Shown: positions 51,920 through 63,690, numbered from the stretch's first letter. The stretch: 64,000 bases of DNA from Polymyxa betae A26-41 (GCA_003693705.1 RBZT01000768.1:12027-76026); one strand, 5' to 3'. The notes: generated by a model from the sequence alone, not told the origin. Program-made: numbers and translations.

Positions 51920-53236
51920 ATGTTGGCCGTAATGGAATCGATGGCCCAGAACAAGCGCGCTATCGTGGCGCCGGCGACATACCGGACCACTAAATATGCT
52001 CGTCGTGGATCAATGCTGACCAGATCGGCAGGGAAGAAATTGAAATTTTCAGAAATCAACACGGAAGTTACATTCGACATTGGTAGCGCACCACAGCTGA
52101 TTCGTGAACCCGCTGACCCAACCGATGCTGATCTGCAGCAATATGTGAAATGTTTGATCGCAGCCGGAAGTGGAAACATCAAGTTAAAGATGGAGCTTCT
52201 GGGCAGTCGGGTTTCCGGTCAAAACGAGCTCGATAATTTGCTGAGCCAACCTGAGCTGGGATTCCAGACGTTATGTCAGGCGAATGATATTGCACGAATC
52301 CCATCGATGACCAGAGACGAAATCCTTGACGCGCTCAGTTGCATTTCCGGTTATGTGTTATATGACACCATGGATGACGTACAGATTCGCCAACTGCTCA
52401 AACGCCTATACGAGGCGGATTTACGTCGAGCTAACCAGAGACGGCAGGAAATTATCGATAACGAGTTGATACTAAGAAGTATCACGCCGACATGCAATCT
52501 GATTGAAAACGTGAAACTGCTGCGGAAGGAACTGAAACGAGAGGCAGATATCGCTATCCAAGAAGATGAAATCATCGAGAAGATTATCGACTCAATTCAG
52601 ACCCTAAGCCGCGACGAATGTTTGAAGAAACTACGAGAACTTCGCCAAACAACGACCTCAAACATTCTTCAAGCCGTTGGTTTGAGCGTGTCCGGTTCCA
52701 TCCAGGAACTGGAAAAGAGATTGGATCTTTTCTTAGAAGTTCGCAAGCGGACCCTGATTCTATCGTCCAGAATTCAGCCTGACCAGCTTGATCACGACGA
52801 ACTTGTTGCCGCACTCGAAGAGAGACGGATTCAAATTCCGTTCGGTGCTACAGACCAGTTCTTGAGGAAAATCCTATCGAACGCCTTAGTGGGTGAACAG
52901 GAGAAAGCGCCAATTAAGTTCCCATTCGGCGTTCGAACGCTAACGCTGAAGGACTTGGACGATTTGCCGACGATAGTTGTGAGAACTATGTTGCTGCAAT
53001 CCAGGGGCAAAGCAGCCGTCAATGATATCGCGATTAACGACGATGAACTTTTACAAGAACGATTGCGAGCGACGATTTTGCAGCAACATAACAGCGCATA
53101 TGTGAAAGTGATTCGCACGCTGCTGAAAGACATGAAGCGTTTCGATGTGATCACCGACCTCGATAATAATGAGACAAATGATTGGATCGAATGGTTCTAT
53201 CAGCTAGAACAATGGATGAACGCATTAAATCAATAG
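51920..53236 (+). CDS. Hypothetical helical protein with weak SAP/HeH-like motifs
   Basis: 438-aa uninterrupted ORF; motifs ILQAVGLSVSGSIQELEKRL and ELVAALEERRIQIPFGATDQFLRKIL. Confidence 0.7.
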   Translation: MLAVMESMAQNKRAIVAPATYRTTKYARRGSMLTRSAGKKLKFSEINTEVTFDIGSAPQLIREPADPTDADLQQYVKCLIAAGSGNIKLKMELLGSRVSGQNELDNLLSQPELGFQTLCQANDIARIPSMTRDEILDALSCISGYVLYDTMDDVQIRQLLKRLYEADLRRANQRRQEIIDNELILRSITPTCNLIENVKLLRKELKREADIAIQEDEIIEKIIDSIQTLSRDECLKKLRELRQTTTSNILQAVGLSVSGSIQELEKRLDLFLEVRKRTLILSSRIQPDQLDHDELVAALEERRIQIPFGATDQFLRKILSNALVGEQEKAPIKFPFGVRTLTLKDLDDLPTIVVRTMLLQSRGKAAVNDIAINDDELLQERLRATILQQHNSAYVKVIRTLLKDMKRFDVITDLDNNETNDWIEWFYQLEQWMNALNQ

Positions 53237-53305
53237 CCATGTTGTAAAACGATCAAAACTCTTTCAAAAGTGGCAACCTCTTCAAAGACGTAGACGAACT
53301 GTTAA

Positions 53306-53678
53306 TCACCGCCTCAGATGTTCATTGATATCGAGATATTGCAGATAACACCAGCCAATCGTAGCTGTAGGTATGAAGTCAAGTCCTGGCATGAGTTCTT
53401 CGAAGAACCCAACGTAGGCGAATGCTGATAATCTTGGATCTGGCAAGAGCTGGCGAATGCAATATGCACTGAAATTGTAAAGCTATAGTATGGAGCATCG
53501 TGAGCAAAACAACCGACCTGAGGGGAGCCCAAACAACATCTAGCGCTTCGCCGAGCACTGGGATCAGATATGAAGCCAGACCGATCAGATCAACGACAAT
53601 GCAGAGCAGCAAGCGGGCGAGACTGTCGATTGTACACCGCTGAAGGACGGCCGCCAGCAGCCGCTCGCTCGAATTCAT
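53306..53678 (-). CDS. Small uncharacterised membrane protein (D.IG..SY..P.LGE..D..WAP / EE..P..DFIPT.T family)
   Basis: One intron gives LLLCIVVDLIGLASYLIPVLGEALDVVWAPLS/AYCIRQLL...AYVGFFEELMPGLDFIPTATIGWCYL...RR*. Confidence 0.8.
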
Positions 53679-53812
53679 AATGAAGCCGAAACGACTTTGA
53701 GATAAAAGCGACCTTCAAGCCATGTCATCATAATGATCTCAAATCTAAGGTAACGTGACATGACTTTAATGCGCAGTCTATCTAGGGTTTGCTTTCGTGA
53801 TTCGTCATTGCG

Positions 53813-54200
53813 ATGTCTGAGCAGGACGAAATCCATCATGCGGATAGGCACGATGAACGCGACCAGGCTCGTGATCTCGAACGGGTCACCGACTACATCG
53901 AAGAGCCCGAGATGAACGTCGATAGCATGTCGAATGTCAGACACGCCTGTTATCCGATCGCCCATGCTGAGTTCCGTTTAGGTCATGTCAATGTTCGAGC
54001 AGGAAGAACGAAGCAGACAGGCCGCTGCTGCTGCCAGGGAGAGGGAGATCCAACGTGTCAAGGTCGATAAAGACCACGTGAAGCTGATCGCGGAACAGAT
54101 GGATATTGATGCCGACCTGGCTGAAAGAGTGTTGAAAGAGAATGGCGGCGACCCCGTCCTGGCCTTGAAAAACCTCCTTCAACGACGATTGCTCGTGTAA
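53813..54200 (+). CDS. HYPK: Huntingtin-interacting protein K (NatA partner, C-terminal UBA-like domain)
   Basis: DLERVTDYIEE; REREIQRVKVDKDHVKLIAEQMDI...AERVLKENGGDPVLAL; one intron. Confidence 0.92.
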
Positions 54201-54261
54201 AATTACAAATATAACATTTTTATTACGTTGGTTTGGGCCGTCATTTCCCATTTAAATTATC

Positions 54262-56451
54262 TTACTGTGCGACTGTCTGTTTCTGAGCTGCAGGTCGGTT
54301 GGACGATTCGGCAGCGGCTGATTGTGGTCTGCCACTATTCGAGACACAGTTAGAGAGATCGACAACGATTCCAAAACGAATACTTCGGGATGAGCTTGCG
54401 ATTATCAGACAGATGCAGCTGATGGAACGTTTTCACAATCTCCTCCTTCTGAATTTGGGCCAGCACATGATTCTTCTTGCGCTGATAGGACCATCTCATC
54501 AATTACAAATCGAAATTCGCTCTGCTTTAGTCCTACCTCTTGTATCATATCGCTTTTCACACGTTGCAGAATGCGGCTACGTTCGAAATCCTGCTCGATT
54601 TTCGTGGCGATGTGCGCCCTTCTATAATCATCGATTCGTCGCTTCCTGGGGCTGATTTAGCAATCCATTTCCTACAACCTCACCATAACGTACCTTTCCA
54701 CATTCATCAGTTTGTCCTGAATTCGCAGCCGTTGCTGCTCCTTTTTCAGTTCCTGCTGCTCGAGGCGTTTCAGCTCCAGCTCGTGTTTCCTGGCCTCTGC
54801 CTTCCGATTCTTATCGAGAACGTTGTGGATCTTTCGCTGCAGCTCGCGATCAGCTTCCTCCTTGGCCTTCTTCCGTTTCATATCAGCTTCCTGTATGCAA
54901 TGTCAATAGACCCATGATGGTGACGCCATTTCTATACTCGTCTCTGCTTCTGTATCTCTGTATAGGTAGTTTGTAGATGATGGGCAAAGTTATCCAGCTG
55001 TCGAGATTGAGCTTCCATCTGTTGAGCAAGCTGCAGGCGTTTGTCGTCGATCTTCTTCTGGTTCATGTCCAGAGCCCGCTCGACCCGTTCTTTCTTCTCT
55101 TGAGCCTGGCGCGCCTTCTCTTCCATCGTCTACAATCCATTCTTAGGACGGCCATGCTATAGCATCTGACCCTCTCCTACCATTTTCTTCTGCTCTTCGG
55201 TTTTCTTTCTTCGCATATCGTCTCGAAGCTGCATCATTTGCAGCTTTGACAGGATCCGCTGGCTGATCGAATCGTTCATCGCCTGAAAACTCGGCAATCA
55301 GCAACGGTGCGCATCGAACTGAGATTTTCATTCACTTCCGAACGCTCTTTAAACTCTTGCTGCCTGGCGAACCTTTCTTCAGCTTTCATTCGCGCTTCCA
55401 ATCTGAAACCAGTTCTCTCAGATTGAAGTCTTATCAATGCGCGAATATTCAATACCTTCGTTGCTTTTCGCGCTCTCGTTGCTCTTGCTGAGCTTTCATG
55501 CCCCTCTCGTAGATTTCCTGCTGCAGCTGCTTTCTTCTTTGCCTTTCCTTTTCCTCTTCCTGAGCGTGATGGGTTCAGAGCTAACAGGTGACGGATTTGC
55601 AGTTCTAACTTCAATTCTACGTTGTTGCATCTGTCTGGCTTTCTCTGTTATCTCTTGTTTCAATCTCATACGTTGTCTAGATAGAGCTTCTTCCTTCTGT
55701 TTCTGCGCCAGTTCCTTCTGTTTCTGCTTCTCTTCCAGCGACAACGTCTTCATCTCGGACTTCAGCAATTGTTCGAGTTCCTTCTTCTAAGCGCGATCAT
55801 TGTCAGAATTCCATCGCCGATTGTTCCAACAAATTTACATGGCGGGAGATCAATTTCTGTAACCGAGTCTTCTCCGATTCGATCATATCAGCAGTCGCTC
55901 CACCAACAATCTTCTGAATTGCATCGACCGGGATCTTCTTGGCAATCTGCTCGTCATTTTGTCAGCAAACCTGTCACTGGACCAGCACGACTGACTTTGT
56001 CGAGATCGGGCGGCGGCTGCCATTTCGAATCGACGAGTTTCTGCCTGGCTTCTCTGGCGATCTTTAATAGTTCCAGCCTGTATAATAATGATTCAGTGAT
56101 CAACTTTGAAAGGCGAAAGGGCGTCGCACCTCCTCTGCTCGGCATGCTCGAAGCGCAGCTTCTGAACGGCGGGCGAATCAGCTGGATCGAAATCCATCTC
56201 ATCCATGGTCAGAGGAATGAGCTCATCGGGCAGAATCCCCTCCCTAGCGCATGCCTAAACATCATCTGTATAACGGCGCCGGGGGCAGGTTGATTGGCGG
56301 CGCCGACCTCGACGGAGCGCGGCGAGAACCGCTGCACATATTTGGCGGTGAAATGCGAATCGTCGTCGTTCAAGGTCCGGGTCTTGACCGAGCTACGATC
56401 GGTCATGGACCCGGTCGTGCTCAGTCCATCGCCGAACGGATCCTTCGACAT
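54262..56451 (-). CDS. Long coiled-coil protein, possibly cilia/flagella-associated
   Basis: N-terminal FSPRSVE/ACARxGILPDEL motif followed by several E/K/R/Q-rich coiled-coil exons. Confidence 0.7.
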
Positions 56452-56693
56452 CCGTTACCCGCCGTGATGGGGTCGCTACGATTCGTCCAGCGTTGTTGCA
56501 CCCAGCTCCCGAACTACATGCAACGCGGTCGAGTATGACCCGACCCGTACACCCGATCTGGGGGGCCGACCAAGATATTCGCCTGCCCGTGGCCGTACTG
56601 GACCCTGGTCCCCGAAAACAGCTGACGGAAATGGGAGACACCCAGGTTGGGATATGAATAGGTCGAATTTAATCAGGGACAGTAAGATGATCG

Positions 56694-58446
56694 TTAAGCA
56701 GCATCGGATATGGTCATGCCTTCCAGAACGCATTTCGTGCATTGACATTTGAAGCCATAATCGACGAGCATCGCATGACGATCTTTGAGGTCGGCGGATT
56801 CGTCGATGTACGAGATGGTGATCTCCTCGTCCTGTTATAACAGCAGTCGTGAGCAGGGGCCCCGATCACGATGGCGAATCACGCGGCCTCACCTTGGAGA
56901 TCTTTCGCAGAGCGATCAAGGCGACTTTCGCATCGGCACCGCCTTGCAGTTTCAACAGAATACAGTTCGGATCACAGCTGTGATTCATACAGCTATGCAG
57001 ACTGTATAGACCAACTCCTTCCAATACAATCAATGAAACAGATCCGGGTCCAGTACGACGCCCGAACCAACCTTCAACAGAGATATCCTGGTACGATGCC
57101 AAACGCTGAATCTGTTCCTCAGAGAGCTCGCTGGGGATCTCTTCCAGATCTTCGAGCTTATCGGCGAACAAGGCGATGGCACTGCGCGAACTCATTCGGA
57201 TCTGAAGAGGATGGAATCAGAGGGAGGCGATCACCTTCAAACTGCATAATACGTTATTTGTCTCGAACAATCCCATCAGACGGCTGATGAACTCGCGTGA
57301 GAACAATGACGCGTAAAGCTCTGAGCTCGAATAATCAGGTAGAGCTGCTGACAGATGCTGATGGCATTCGTCGATCAAGAATCTGAACGCAAACAGTAAA
57401 AATGGAGGACGCGAAATGCAGCGATTCGAACTGACTCGAGAACGCGAATGAACTCGTCGGCTTCGTGACGATCGAGTTCAGGAGGAACGGAGACGACTTC
57501 GGTCCAGGGCTTGGCGATGAACATCCTCAAGGGAACCAAAGCTTCAGCGAGATCTTCAGGAGTGCTGCCCGCCCTTTCGATCTGAATAATCAATGCGGAT
57601 ATCACCTGTCCGACCATGTACAGAACCTCGTTCGTCTCGTTCGTAAAATCAACGAACTCTGCAAAACACGAGTCAAGAGCCTTGTTGATGGCAGACGCCG
57701 CCCAACCTTGCATCTGGCAATTGTTGGCAGCACACATTAACTGATGTGATGACTGCCAATGTTGATCAGCACAATCATTGCTACAATAGATGAAGCCACA
57801 GCCCTGTCTGCACGAGATCGGTTCGGGGATCACGACCTCATGCAGAGGCAGGTCGATCTTCGAGCAGATCCCGTCGAAATCCGGACACGGGACGCGACTT
57901 TCTGATTCGATCTCGCCTGAAAAAGCGTCACCGACATCGAATGAACGCAGAAACCCTCGCCGACCTTGATGGGCGTCGCAGAATTTCTCATGGTGATGGT
58001 CATCGTCTTGGCTGCAATCGGAGCCATGATCACAATGACAATCATGACGAGGCCTGTGCGATTCGCAACATTCCCATTGTTGTTCGAGATCGCCAATCAC
58101 CTGATCATTATTAATCAACGATCGCAGCTGATATCAGACGTATCTACTCGCAGGCAGTTCTGACAGCTATCAAAGACTTGATCGTGTAACTTCCGCCCAA
58201 ACATTTGCATCTCGTTGTAGATGATTTCATTCTCGCCGAATGCCTTTTCCGCAAACATTCCTGATTACCGTCTTGAGCACTTCAAACGTTTGTCGAACGG
58301 ACCATCAACGAACCTTTCCCGACCGAACTGTTCACCGTACGAATGGAGATGGAATCGGACAGATGCAACGCCTGAAGGCGTTCCTTAAAGAACGATTCCA
58401 TAGGTTCACCGGTGACGATAGAAAGATCGAGACTGGACTGCGACAT
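56694..58446 (-). CDS. SET/MYND-domain lysine methyltransferase (SMYD5/ATXR2-like)
   Basis: GMFAEKAFGENEII (pre-SET); CQNC...CRQGCGFIYCSNDCADQHWQSSHQLMC (split MYND); GLYSLHSCMNHSCDPN; EEITISYID; YGFKCQCTKC. Confidence 0.9.
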
Positions 58447-59407
58447 TATAACAAAGGGAATACTGGCCGATCTTGCCGGGCGTCACCTACTACAACTCGG
58501 GTGTTGAGTTTGCGTAATTGCTGGCAGCCAGACAAATTTCAGATGGATCTTTGAAAGAGATTGCGGAGCTCCATGACCTTGCCGACTGCGCACTTCTGCT
58601 TCGCAACTTTTTCCAATTTGTGCGCGCAAAAATTGGAAATTCTCTCAGATTTGCATCAAGATCGACCATATCGTCGGACAGTTTTTTCTCGCGAGTGCTT
58701 TATTCTATAAAACTTGGGCAAGAATTTGAGCGAAGCCAAATACATCAAGTTGAATAAACGCAGTGCCCAAGTCTGTCACTCGTCTTATTGGGCTTTCTTC
58801 GGACTTGACGAGATCCCAGATATTGGCGGTGACGCCCAAAGCAAACGAAGCCAACAATACAAGTAGGTAAAGCCCGAAAACCCATTTCGGAAAAGGTACT
58901 GGGCTACAGTCAGCAGATTATTAGCGAAGACGAATTGTTTCCCCGGGGAATTACGTTACATCTGTTAGGTTTTGAGGTCATGAAGGCCGTATGCAGTTCC
59001 ACAGGGGCATAATTGAAGGCCTCGTTGTGGATTGACGGGTGATGGGCCCCATCAGATATTCGAAGTAATATTCAGCTGAGCAACGAGGCATCGTAGGTTA
59101 GAAATGATATTTAAGCAGTAATTGTGCTCTATGAATGTCCGGTCCAACTCACATCTCACCTTCATCATTACTAACTATTAAAACGCTATGAACTGGATCA
59201 GAACAGCAATTACAACTGGTTATAGATCTATAAGAGATATAAGCAGAAATAAGACCATGAATTCGACCAGAATAATGAAAGTTAGGGTCTACTGTTTAAC
59301 GAGATTTAGCTCGAGTGTTATTTTAGATCACACCGCCGATCTGCTAATTTAACCTCGTGTCATAGAGGACAAGGCTTTACTGACATTTGGGTCAGGACAA
59401 TTTAATC

Positions 59408-59530
59408 CATATACTGGAATGCTCAGATACGCCTAGTTTATATTTATCATGAAATTCTGTAGTTATTGCGTCTATTCTCTACAACGTGGATCTTGCAATC
59501 GGCAAATAACGATCTAAATATGGATAATTA
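59408..59530. repeat. Copy 1 of a diverged ~120-bp direct repeat
   Basis: ggaatgctcagatacgcctagtttatatttatcatgaaattctgtagttattgcg...tggatcttgcaatcggca...aaatatggataatta, matching 60896-61005. Confidence 0.85.
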
Positions 59531-60503
59531 GACATAGACAATGCGAATGTTGACATTCGGTTCGTGTGAGCTCGTCGATGACATCAAGAGCTGGAGGAAT
59601 CGTTCAATGTCCCATATTCTGTGGCCCGCGTTGTTGGAGGGAAATAACGAGGATCGAGGTCGACCAAACCGCTTCGGTTTCCCTCTTATGATCGCTTTTA
59701 AGGGAATAACATTCAATTTTCACAGTTTGAAAATAAGTATAAAAAGGACTCACATTAATGCCATCTGAACTCTGCTGAAGTTAGTATCAGGTCGTGTTAC
59801 GCTGAGTTTGATGTCATTAACAATCAATCACAATCAAAAGAGACAGACAGTACGTGCCTGGCAGCTCTTTAAGATCATCGTTGTCTATATATATAGGACT
59901 ATCAATATACGCATTGAGAGACTCTTGCCCCAAAACTGCCCTAAAATTATTAATACCTAGACACGACCCAGCCATATAACACACAATACAGTACGACGTC
60001 TGTATTCTAATGAGAGCATATCTCTGCGATCTTCCAAAAACCCTTTTCTATTCCGAACGACATGATATCAGTTGAGGAAAACGGAACTCGAAGGTCCGTT
60101 CTAAAGCGATAGTTTGGCGCCAGTTTCGACAACGGAATCTGACCTGAAGTTTGGTTGTCAACCGACCAAGCACGCTTACAGAGAAAAGGCGAATTGATAT
60201 TGAAGGAATCAGTGAACAGATTCGACAGCAATCGTTCCTTTGCTGGTAGTTTATTGGGAGTTATAATTTCAGACATACGCAGACCCATTCGTTACATTGC
60301 GGACACCGACAATCAGTGGATCGCTCGTTCAACTCAATCTGGACAGAGTCCTGAGAAGCCTGAAGAATGGAATCGTGTTCTGAGAGCGCTGAGCTCGGTA
60401 GACAATCATTAAGAGCAGAAGCAGAATCTTGACTTGTCATGCCCATAGCTGCAATTAATACATTGGCAGCAGCAACCAACACCAAGTTCATCCTCATTTG
60501 CGC
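59528..60503 (-). CDS. Putative multi-exon secreted protein (effector candidate); exon structure uncertain
   Basis: Signal-peptide-like MRMNLVLVAAANVLIAAMG; CRCPQC motif; several short GT-AG-bounded segments leading to a final exon ending NIRIVYV* at 59528. Confidence 0.4.
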
Positions 60504-60895
60504 ACGAACACAACAAATTTGATGAATGGGGGAATGGATTTGTCGACGGATGCCGTACGGACTCCGGCCTGAATCTGCAACTATATGGAGAACGCCGTTA
60601 ATTAGACGGCAGGCCAAGAGGGGAAGTGTGGCATCGTATTCATGTTTTATGTATCGAGCAAGCAACCAACGCCACCAACTAATTAGACGACATAACGCAC
60701 AGGCACATTTGAGCAACTTCTATCACGAAATCCTTCAACAATGCCAAGTTTTAGCATCCATTTTTTCAAACAGTTCGATCGCCTCGTCCAAATATCAAAA
60801 GTTGCTCTTGTCGTTTTGTCATTTTAAATCCTTCTGGACACGGAATTTTCCATCTTCGTTCTTGTGCCTGAGAATTTCTAAGACGCTATAATTTA

Positions 60896-61005
60896 CATAT
60901 TGGAACGCTCAAATACGCCCAATTTATATTTATCATGAAATACTGAAGTTGTTGCGTTTAATCTCTATAATTGGATCTTGCAATCGGCATAAATATGGAT
61001 AATTA
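60896..61005. repeat. Copy 2 of a diverged ~120-bp direct repeat
   Basis: ggaacgctcaaatacgcccaatttatatttatcatgaaatactgaagttgttgcg...tggatcttgcaatcggcataaatatggataatta. Confidence 0.85.
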
Positions 61006-61697
61006 TAAACGGTGAAGGTCGCCAGTCGCAGTGCGGGACTTAGTTAGATCCGCGACCTTGGACCCCAAAAAGTGCGCTTATTTACAGGCTGAGCCTGCTG
61101 TAAATAAATTCGCATATTTCCGCTGCAGGTCGCCTAGGTCGCCACTATACTATTTTACAAACATAGTTTTGACGGGAAAGTTTTGAATTTTCATCTGATC
61201 TGGTTTTCTTTCCTTTGTCTTTTTCCAATTACGGAGTTTCTTCAGACCAGTCAAGTTTCTGTTTTTCGTTTCGTATCGGCTGTTTATTGCGTTTTTTAAA
61301 CATCGAAATGGTTTAGAAACTCGGGCAGATTCTTGGATATCCAGTCAATACTTTTCCCTAGAGACGCCCGTTGTTGCTCAAATTGCTGAGCCACGACGTT
61401 GGCAGTTTCGGAAAGTTCCCCTGACATTTGACGGGCTCTCGATTCTATGGAATCGATTACAAGTTTCCGTCGATTGAAAAATCTTCGGTCAGCCTTTGTA
61501 GAACACCACGCCGACCCCCTGCTCCGTTTTAGAGACTCAATAGATGGCCAGCCTCCCAAGCCATATTTCCAACTCTCTCCACAGATCCGTTATGGTGACG
61601 ATCGCCTTGCTCATCTTGTATTGAGAAGAAGCCTCGCAGTTTGATTCTCTTCGCGACCCATTCTGCTCGACTACTGTAATCACCGCTTCTTGGAGTA
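61006..61697 (-). mobile_element. Crypton-type (tyrosine recombinase transposon) 3' remnant encoding a frameshifted GCR1_C domain
   Basis: Removing one T gives YKMSKAIVTITDLWRE-WKYGLGGWPSIESLKRSRGSAW...DRRFFNRRKLVIDSIE (GCR1_C; stop at 61296). Repeated ggtcgc/gcgacc motifs at 61017-61143. Coding similarity is cut at ~61697. Confidence 0.75.
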
Positions 61698-61874
61698 GAA
61701 AACCAGAGTGTCATTTTCAGAACTCAAACCAAAAAATGACACATTATTGGGTCTTAATTAAAAGGTCTTTTAATGCGTCATTTTTGAGAATAAATTCTAA
61801 AAATGACACGTTATAAGACCCTATAATGTGTCATTTTTTGGTTTGAGTTCTGAAAATGACACTCTGGTTTTCTA
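61696..61874. repeat. ~180-bp palindrome/foldback with 52-bp perfect arms
   Basis: tagaaaaccagagtgtcattttcagaactcaaaccaaaaaatgacacattat ... ataatgtgtcattttttggtttgagttctgaaaatgacactctggttttcta; an inner imperfect hairpin; AAAATGAC iterated. Confidence 0.92.
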
Positions 61875-62040
61875 TTCTGGGGCGTGGTTTTTGAGTTCAA
61901 TTTTCAAAAATGACAACAGATTAATCCGCCCTGTCTCATAGATTAATCCCTCTCAATCCGCCATTTGTAATTTTTGAAATCAGATTTAAAAAATGACAAT
62001 ATATTACTATGATATTTATTTATAATAATCCTTATATTTT

Positions 62041-62187
62041 CGTGCCAGGCAAGCGTGCCAGGCAAACCCCCTTTCGTGCCAGGCAAACCCCCTTTCGTGC
62101 CAGGCAAGAATTCCTAAAATCGGCGAAAAATGCCATTTTCCCATACAAAAATGACCTCGTGCCAGGCAAAGCGCTCGTGCCAGGCAA
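62041..62187. repeat. Iterated CGTGCCAGGCAA motif (6 copies, including a 22-bp tandem unit)
   Basis: cgtgccaggcaa at ~62041, 62054, 62075, 62096, 62158 and 62176, in AT-rich context. Confidence 0.9.
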
Positions 62188-62328
62188 AATCAGCGAAATC
62201 GCACAGAATAAAAAATTTTTATATCACTTCCATGTATTCATCAAAATATCAATCAAAATAAACCCACCGGCCCACCATTAATTAAATGGATAATTTATTT
62301 GAAATAATATTGGGGGTTTATTGTAATA

Positions 62329-62586
62329 ATGGATAATATTTCTTTTTGTATAAATTGCGATAAAGAAACAGAAAGTGATGATTGTTGTGCTTTATGTAAT
62401 AAATCAATGTGCGTTGATTGTGAGGATTTTAAACATACAAAAAAAGGTGTTATTTATACTGGTAAGGAAGATCAATATATTTGTGGAGAATGTGCGTCTG
62501 AATGTATAAAAATATGTATGAGCAAAAAGTTAATTCATCATTCATATAGTGATGATTTTGAGAGATATTTGTTTGCTGAGAAATAA
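62329..62586 (+). CDS. Small Cys-rich zinc-finger protein in AT-rich virus-like DNA
   Basis: Intronless, very AT-rich; CINC...CALC...CVDC...CGEC. Confidence 0.65.
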   Translation: MDNISFCINCDKETESDDCCALCNKSMCVDCEDFKHTKKGVIYTGKEDQYICGECASECIKICMSKKLIHHSYSDDFERYLFAEK

Positions 62587-62741
62587 ATAATTAAACAGAA
62601 ATGAACTGGGGAAAATATTTAAAATAAAAAAATACTTCAAAATAATAATTAGAGATTATTTATCGTATATATATAAGGAGTCTGACTCACATTAATATGG
62701 CAATCTGACTACGCAAAACGGCTTCCTTTATTACCAAGCTT

Positions 62742-62793
62742 NNNNNNNNNNNNNNNNNNNNNNNNNNNNNNNNNNNNNNNNNNNNNNNNNNNN
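62742..62793. other. Assembly gap (N run)
   Basis: 52 N characters. Confidence 1.
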
Positions 62794-63015
62794 GTTCGGT
62801 TATGGAGTGCGACAACTACCATGAAAAGCCGGTTGCCTACGATATCGTCAACCAGTATCAGCAGCGTAGTCAGTAGTACCATTTGAAGACACCTCTTTTT
62901 TGAGGCACAAAAATAAAAACTGCGCCATACAAAAAAGCAAAAAAAAACAATAAAAAACAAAAAATCCGTAAAAAACAGCAAAAATTTCGTAAATTTAGGA
63001 TTTCGGGGACTTTTT

Positions 63016-63351
63016 TTATAATTCTGTTAATTCTCCCTTAAAATAATATTTCTTAAAATTACTTTTAATAAAATCCATTGTTTTATTCCACGCCTTTATT
63101 CTCCGTTTGTCATCAACAAATTTAAATTTCTTTTTCATTGTCTCACCTTTATTATTCTTCCATGTAATTAAAAATAATTTTTTCTGCTCTGTGATAAAAC
63201 CAATTCCTAATTTTTCATTTAAAATTTGTTTTTCTATTTCAGTCTTATATGCTTCCGCATCTTCAATAGATTTAAAATATTTTACCTGAATTTTTCCATT
63301 AATTTGTTTCTGCATTCTAAAAATATTGCCTTCTTTATAAATATTCCTCAT
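63016..63351 (-). CDS. AP2-like DNA-binding protein (viral/mobile type)
   Basis: RNIYKEGNIFRMQKQINGKIQVKYFKSIEDAEAYKTE, plus a second degenerate unit FITEQKKLFLITWKNNKGETMKKKF...KAWNK. Confidence 0.6.
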   Translation of the reverse strand: MRNIYKEGNIFRMQKQINGKIQVKYFKSIEDAEAYKTEIEKQILNEKLGIGFITEQKKLFLITWKNNKGETMKKKFKFVDDKRRIKAWNKTMDFIKSNFKKYYFKGELTEL

Positions 63352-63516
63352 TACAAATATATAATTTTCATTTTTTTAAAATGGTTTCAAAAACATACGA
63401 AAAAATTAATTTTCAAATCAATTCCCAAAACCTAATTCAAAAAAACAAAACCAACAATCAAAACCCGCCCGCCCCAATCAGGAAAAAATTAAAATTAATA
63501 ATAATGGTTAATTGTA

Positions 63517-63690
63517 ATGTCAAATGGTTATTTAAAGTGTGTATTTTGTGGTTATTATAAGCAATACAATAATTTAACAGAAGCAAAAAAATTTGATAAA
63601 GATTTGAAGCATCATAATTCATTTTGTAATCACCAGAAAAATATCGAATTGAGTAGAAATATAATAAAAGATATTATTAAAAAAATATGA
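63517..63690 (+). CDS. Small putative zinc-binding protein (57 aa)
   Basis: MSNGYLKCVFCGYYKQY...LKHHNSFCNH...KKI*; below the ORF-track cutoff. Confidence 0.45.
   Translation: MSNGYLKCVFCGYYKQYNNLTEAKKFDKDLKHHNSFCNHQKNIELSRNIIKDIIKKI

Noticed and set aside
58686-59280. Hydrophobic minus-strand segments (PFPKWVFGLYLLVLLASFALGV...) as a small membrane-protein gene
   Set aside because: Could not build a stop-free spliced model; may be a pseudogene, but support is insufficient.
62041-62187. CRISPR-like array
   Set aside because: Repeats are 12 bp, spacers are short, identical or absent, there are no cas genes, and the context is eukaryotic.
62709-62981. ORF spanning the N gap
   Set aside because: Artefact of unknown bases and low-complexity terminal sequence.
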